Shown: positions 62,186 to 63,755 of the stretch, one piece after another
How positions within the stretch are numbered: position 1 is the first letter of the stretch
Layout: each line of letters starts with the position of its first letter
Source: Candidatus Zambryskiibacteriota bacterium
GTDB lineage: Bacteria > Patescibacteriota > Minisyncoccia > Phycocordibacterales > DATDWN01
Length of the DNA stretch: 63,755 nucleotides
Direction of reading: 5' to 3'
Assembly: GCA_009694965.1 (NCBI GenBank)
Contig: SIBV01000001.1
Coordinates: 1-63,755 of the forward strand
Program-made: the position numbers and the translations under genes
Notes under the pieces: model-generated
Databases searched by the model: none
Told to the model about the DNA's origin: nothing
The model's input: only the letters and a program-made list of their open reading frames with translations

Positions 62186-62503
62186 TTACTTTATCCCAAC
62201 TATTTCTACCTTGAACCAAGGCTGTCGATGTCCGTTTTTCTTATAGTATCGGCTCTTTTGTTTGTATTTAACCACCTCTACCGTCTTGTTTCTTCCAACT
62301 TCCTTTAGGGTTGCTTCTACTGAGGCTTCTGTTATGTAAGGAGTGCCAATAGTTGTGTCCTTACCGTCCTCAACAAGTATTACTTTGTCGAAAACAATCT
62401 TGTCTCCCACCTTGAAATCACCAGTGATTTTCTCAATTTTAACAACATCTCCCTTTGAGACTTTGTATTGTTTCCCGCCTGTGTGTATGACTGCAAATTC
62501 CAT
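62186..62503 (-). CDS. rplU: 50S ribosomal protein L21
   Basis: MEFAVIHTGGKQYKVSKGDVVKIEKI... Confidence 0.95.
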   Translation of the reverse strand: MEFAVIHTGGKQYKVSKGDVVKIEKITGDFKVGDKIVFDKVILVEDGKDTTIGTPYITEASVEATLKEVGRNKTVEVVKYKQKSRYYKKNGHRQPWFKVEIVGIK

Positions 62504-62534
62504 AATTTTTAGAACTTATAAATTCAGCGAACTC

Positions 62535-62607
62535 CTTACAGGAGCAGTACACCTTTTGCATTTTGATTACAAAACGCTCAAGGTCTTGCGAAACTCCGTT
62601 TCTCACC
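62535..62607 (+). repeat. family B structured repeat, copy B6
   Basis: CTTACAGGAGCAGTACACCTTTTGCATTTTGATTACAAAACGCTCAAGGTCTTGCGAAACTCCGTTTCTCACC. Confidence 0.85.
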
Positions 62608-62756
62608 TTTGTCGCAGGCTCCGTTTGCTCCTGCAGAGTAGGTCTACTACACTTTAGTCGCAATACTCACCTGCTTCGCGGATTTCATCTGAATTTTGAA
62701 GTTCTAGTATATTACAAAATATGGCTATAAATTGCAAGTAATCGATTTAATAAAAG

Positions 62757-63755
62757 TTATTCTTCGTTATCTGGCTTATCTATTAAAACGGTCTCAATTT
62801 CTAGTGAGTTTCCTGTAATTCTAACTACATCCTTGTCTATCTTTTTGAATTCTTTGCTTGAGCTGTTGTAGTGATTTACTACAGTTTCAAGGGAGTTGCC
62901 GAGACGCTGATGATAGTCCTCGTACTTCTTCAAATGTGTCCCTATCTCCCCCACCCTCTTTATAATATCCTTTGTAGTTTCCTCTATCTGCAATGCCTTG
63001 AGACCTTGTAGGACGGTCTGAAGATATGCTAAAAATGAAGTCGGGGAAACAATTATAACTTTATGCTTTCCTGCGGCTCTTTGAATAAGGTTTTCAGTAT
63101 CCTCAGTCACTGCCCCTATTTTGTTTATTAGTAAATCATAGTAAATAGCTTCATGTGGAATAAACATAAATGCAAAATCCATTGTACCCTCTTCTGGGCG
63201 AATATATTTTGCAGTTTCAGTAATACGTAGCTTCAAGTCGTTTACAAAAAGTTTTTCAAGACGAGCTTTTTCGCTCACGTCACTCGCTTCTATCATTCTG
63301 TTGTAGTTCTCTAGTGAAAACTTGGAATCAACAGGAATAATCTTGTCTTTTACAAACACCACGCAGTCCACAATCTCGCCGTTGTTAAATGCATATTGCA
63401 TCTGATATTGGCTTGGCGCCAAAACATTTTTGAGAAGTGTCTCTAGGTAATATTCTCCAAGTATTCCTCTTTGTTTTGGATTTTTTAAAATATCTTGCAA
63501 ATTTTGCAGTTGGTCAGCAAAAGAAACCACTTGTCTGTTTGTTTCATCTAGTTTTGTAAGACCTTGAGTAACCTCCCGAATAAGATTGGCTGATTCACCT
63601 AGTTGGTGTCTCACGGATTCGTTCATAGACCTAGTACTCTCACCAATCTTTGTATCAACAACACGGTTTAGTTCGTTTATCTGTTGAAGAATGAGTTTCA
63701 GACCTGTGTCGTTACTTTCCTGTTTTGGACGAAAAAAATATGCGAAAAAACCTCC
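62757..63755 (-). CDS. rmuC: DNA recombination protein RmuC (5' end beyond the window)
   Basis: Own translation shows the frame stays open from 63626 to 63755 (GGFFAYFFRPKQESNDTGLKLILQQINELNRVV...); coiled region then RmuC nuclease-like C-terminus. Confidence 0.85.
   Translation of the reverse strand, partial: GGFFAYFFRPKQESNDTGLKLILQQINELNRVVDTKIGESTRSMNESVRHQLGESANLIREVTQGLTKLDETNRQVVSFADQLQNLQDILKNPKQRGILGEYYLETLLKNVLAPSQYQMQYAFNNGEIVDCVVFVKDKIIPVDSKFSLENYNRMIEASDVSEKARLEKLFVNDLKLRITETAKYIRPEEGTMDFAFMFIPHEAIYYDLLINKIGAVTEDTENLIQRAAGKHKVIIVSPTSFLAYLQTVLQGLKALQIEETTKDIIKRVGEIGTHLKKYEDYHQRLGNSLETVVNHYNSSSKEFKKIDKDVVRITGNSLEIETVLIDKPDNEE

Noticed and set aside
62343-62663. ORFs 62343-62657 (+) and 62439-62663 (-)
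   Set aside because: They are antisense to or overlapping rplU and family B copy B6. There is no independent coding evidence.
1-63755. tRNA, rRNA, RNase P RNA, SRP RNA, transposase, integrase and reverse transcriptase genes
   Set aside because: I scanned the intergenic regions by eye for T-arm (GGTTCGAATCC-like), RNase P P4 (GAGGAAAGTCC) and SRP (GGAAGCAGC) signatures. I scanned the ORFs for DDE, Y-recombinase and YxDD motifs. No convincing match was found, though a covariance-model scan is needed for certainty.

Overview
By eye this is a visibly AT-rich, gene-dense chromosomal segment. It is dominated by housekeeping genes:
- ychF, leuS, mltG, mnmA, pepF, alaS
- the infA-rpmJ-rpsM-rpsK-rpsD-rpoA-rplQ operon plus rplM-rpsI
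- grpE-dnaK-dnaJ and dinB
- a minus-strand block: gltX, murG, ftsW, mraY, asnB-like, PBP5-like, scpB, scpA, aspS, trpS
- rpmA, rplI, ctpA, cysS, dnaB, recR, rplU, rmuC

Compact ribosomal proteins, trimmed aminoacyl-tRNA synthetases, DUF5671-like/pilin-like proteins and a sunset-domain protein suggest a small-genome Patescibacteria (CPR, Parcubacteria-like) organism. That assignment is inference. I saw no rRNA, tRNA, CRISPR array, transposase, integrase or reverse transcriptase.

The unusual content is mostly non-coding or at domain level:
1. A roughly 75-95 nt structured repeat (family B) is present in six copies. Two of its hairpins keep pairing through compensatory changes.
2. A 135-136 nt MITE-like palindrome (family C) sits on the 5' ends of grpE, scpB and aspS. 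Its terminal GTGCGGGT lies in frame with two of those genes.
3. There are REP-like GTAG-headed hairpins (family D). There are also several families of long AT-rich hairpins built from iterated short words (A, F, G, H, I). These separate even the genes inside the ribosomal-protein operon.
4. There is a complete SAM-I riboswitch in front of an orphan 78-aa Cys-bearing ORF.
5. Two G+C-rich orphan structured regions (27010-27226 and 56249-56372) lack an assignable RNA class, and a two-copy k-turn-like long hairpin (family E) is also present.
6. LeuRS carries an in-frame Nudix hydrolase domain of about 140 aa. AlaRS lacks C-Ala, and AspRS lacks the GAD domain.
7. Small G+C-richer orphan ORFs with strong Shine-Dalgarno sites are embedded at 1920-2546, 28413-28694 and 35403-36683.

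All coordinates were read by hand from the printed sequence. No database or folding software was run.
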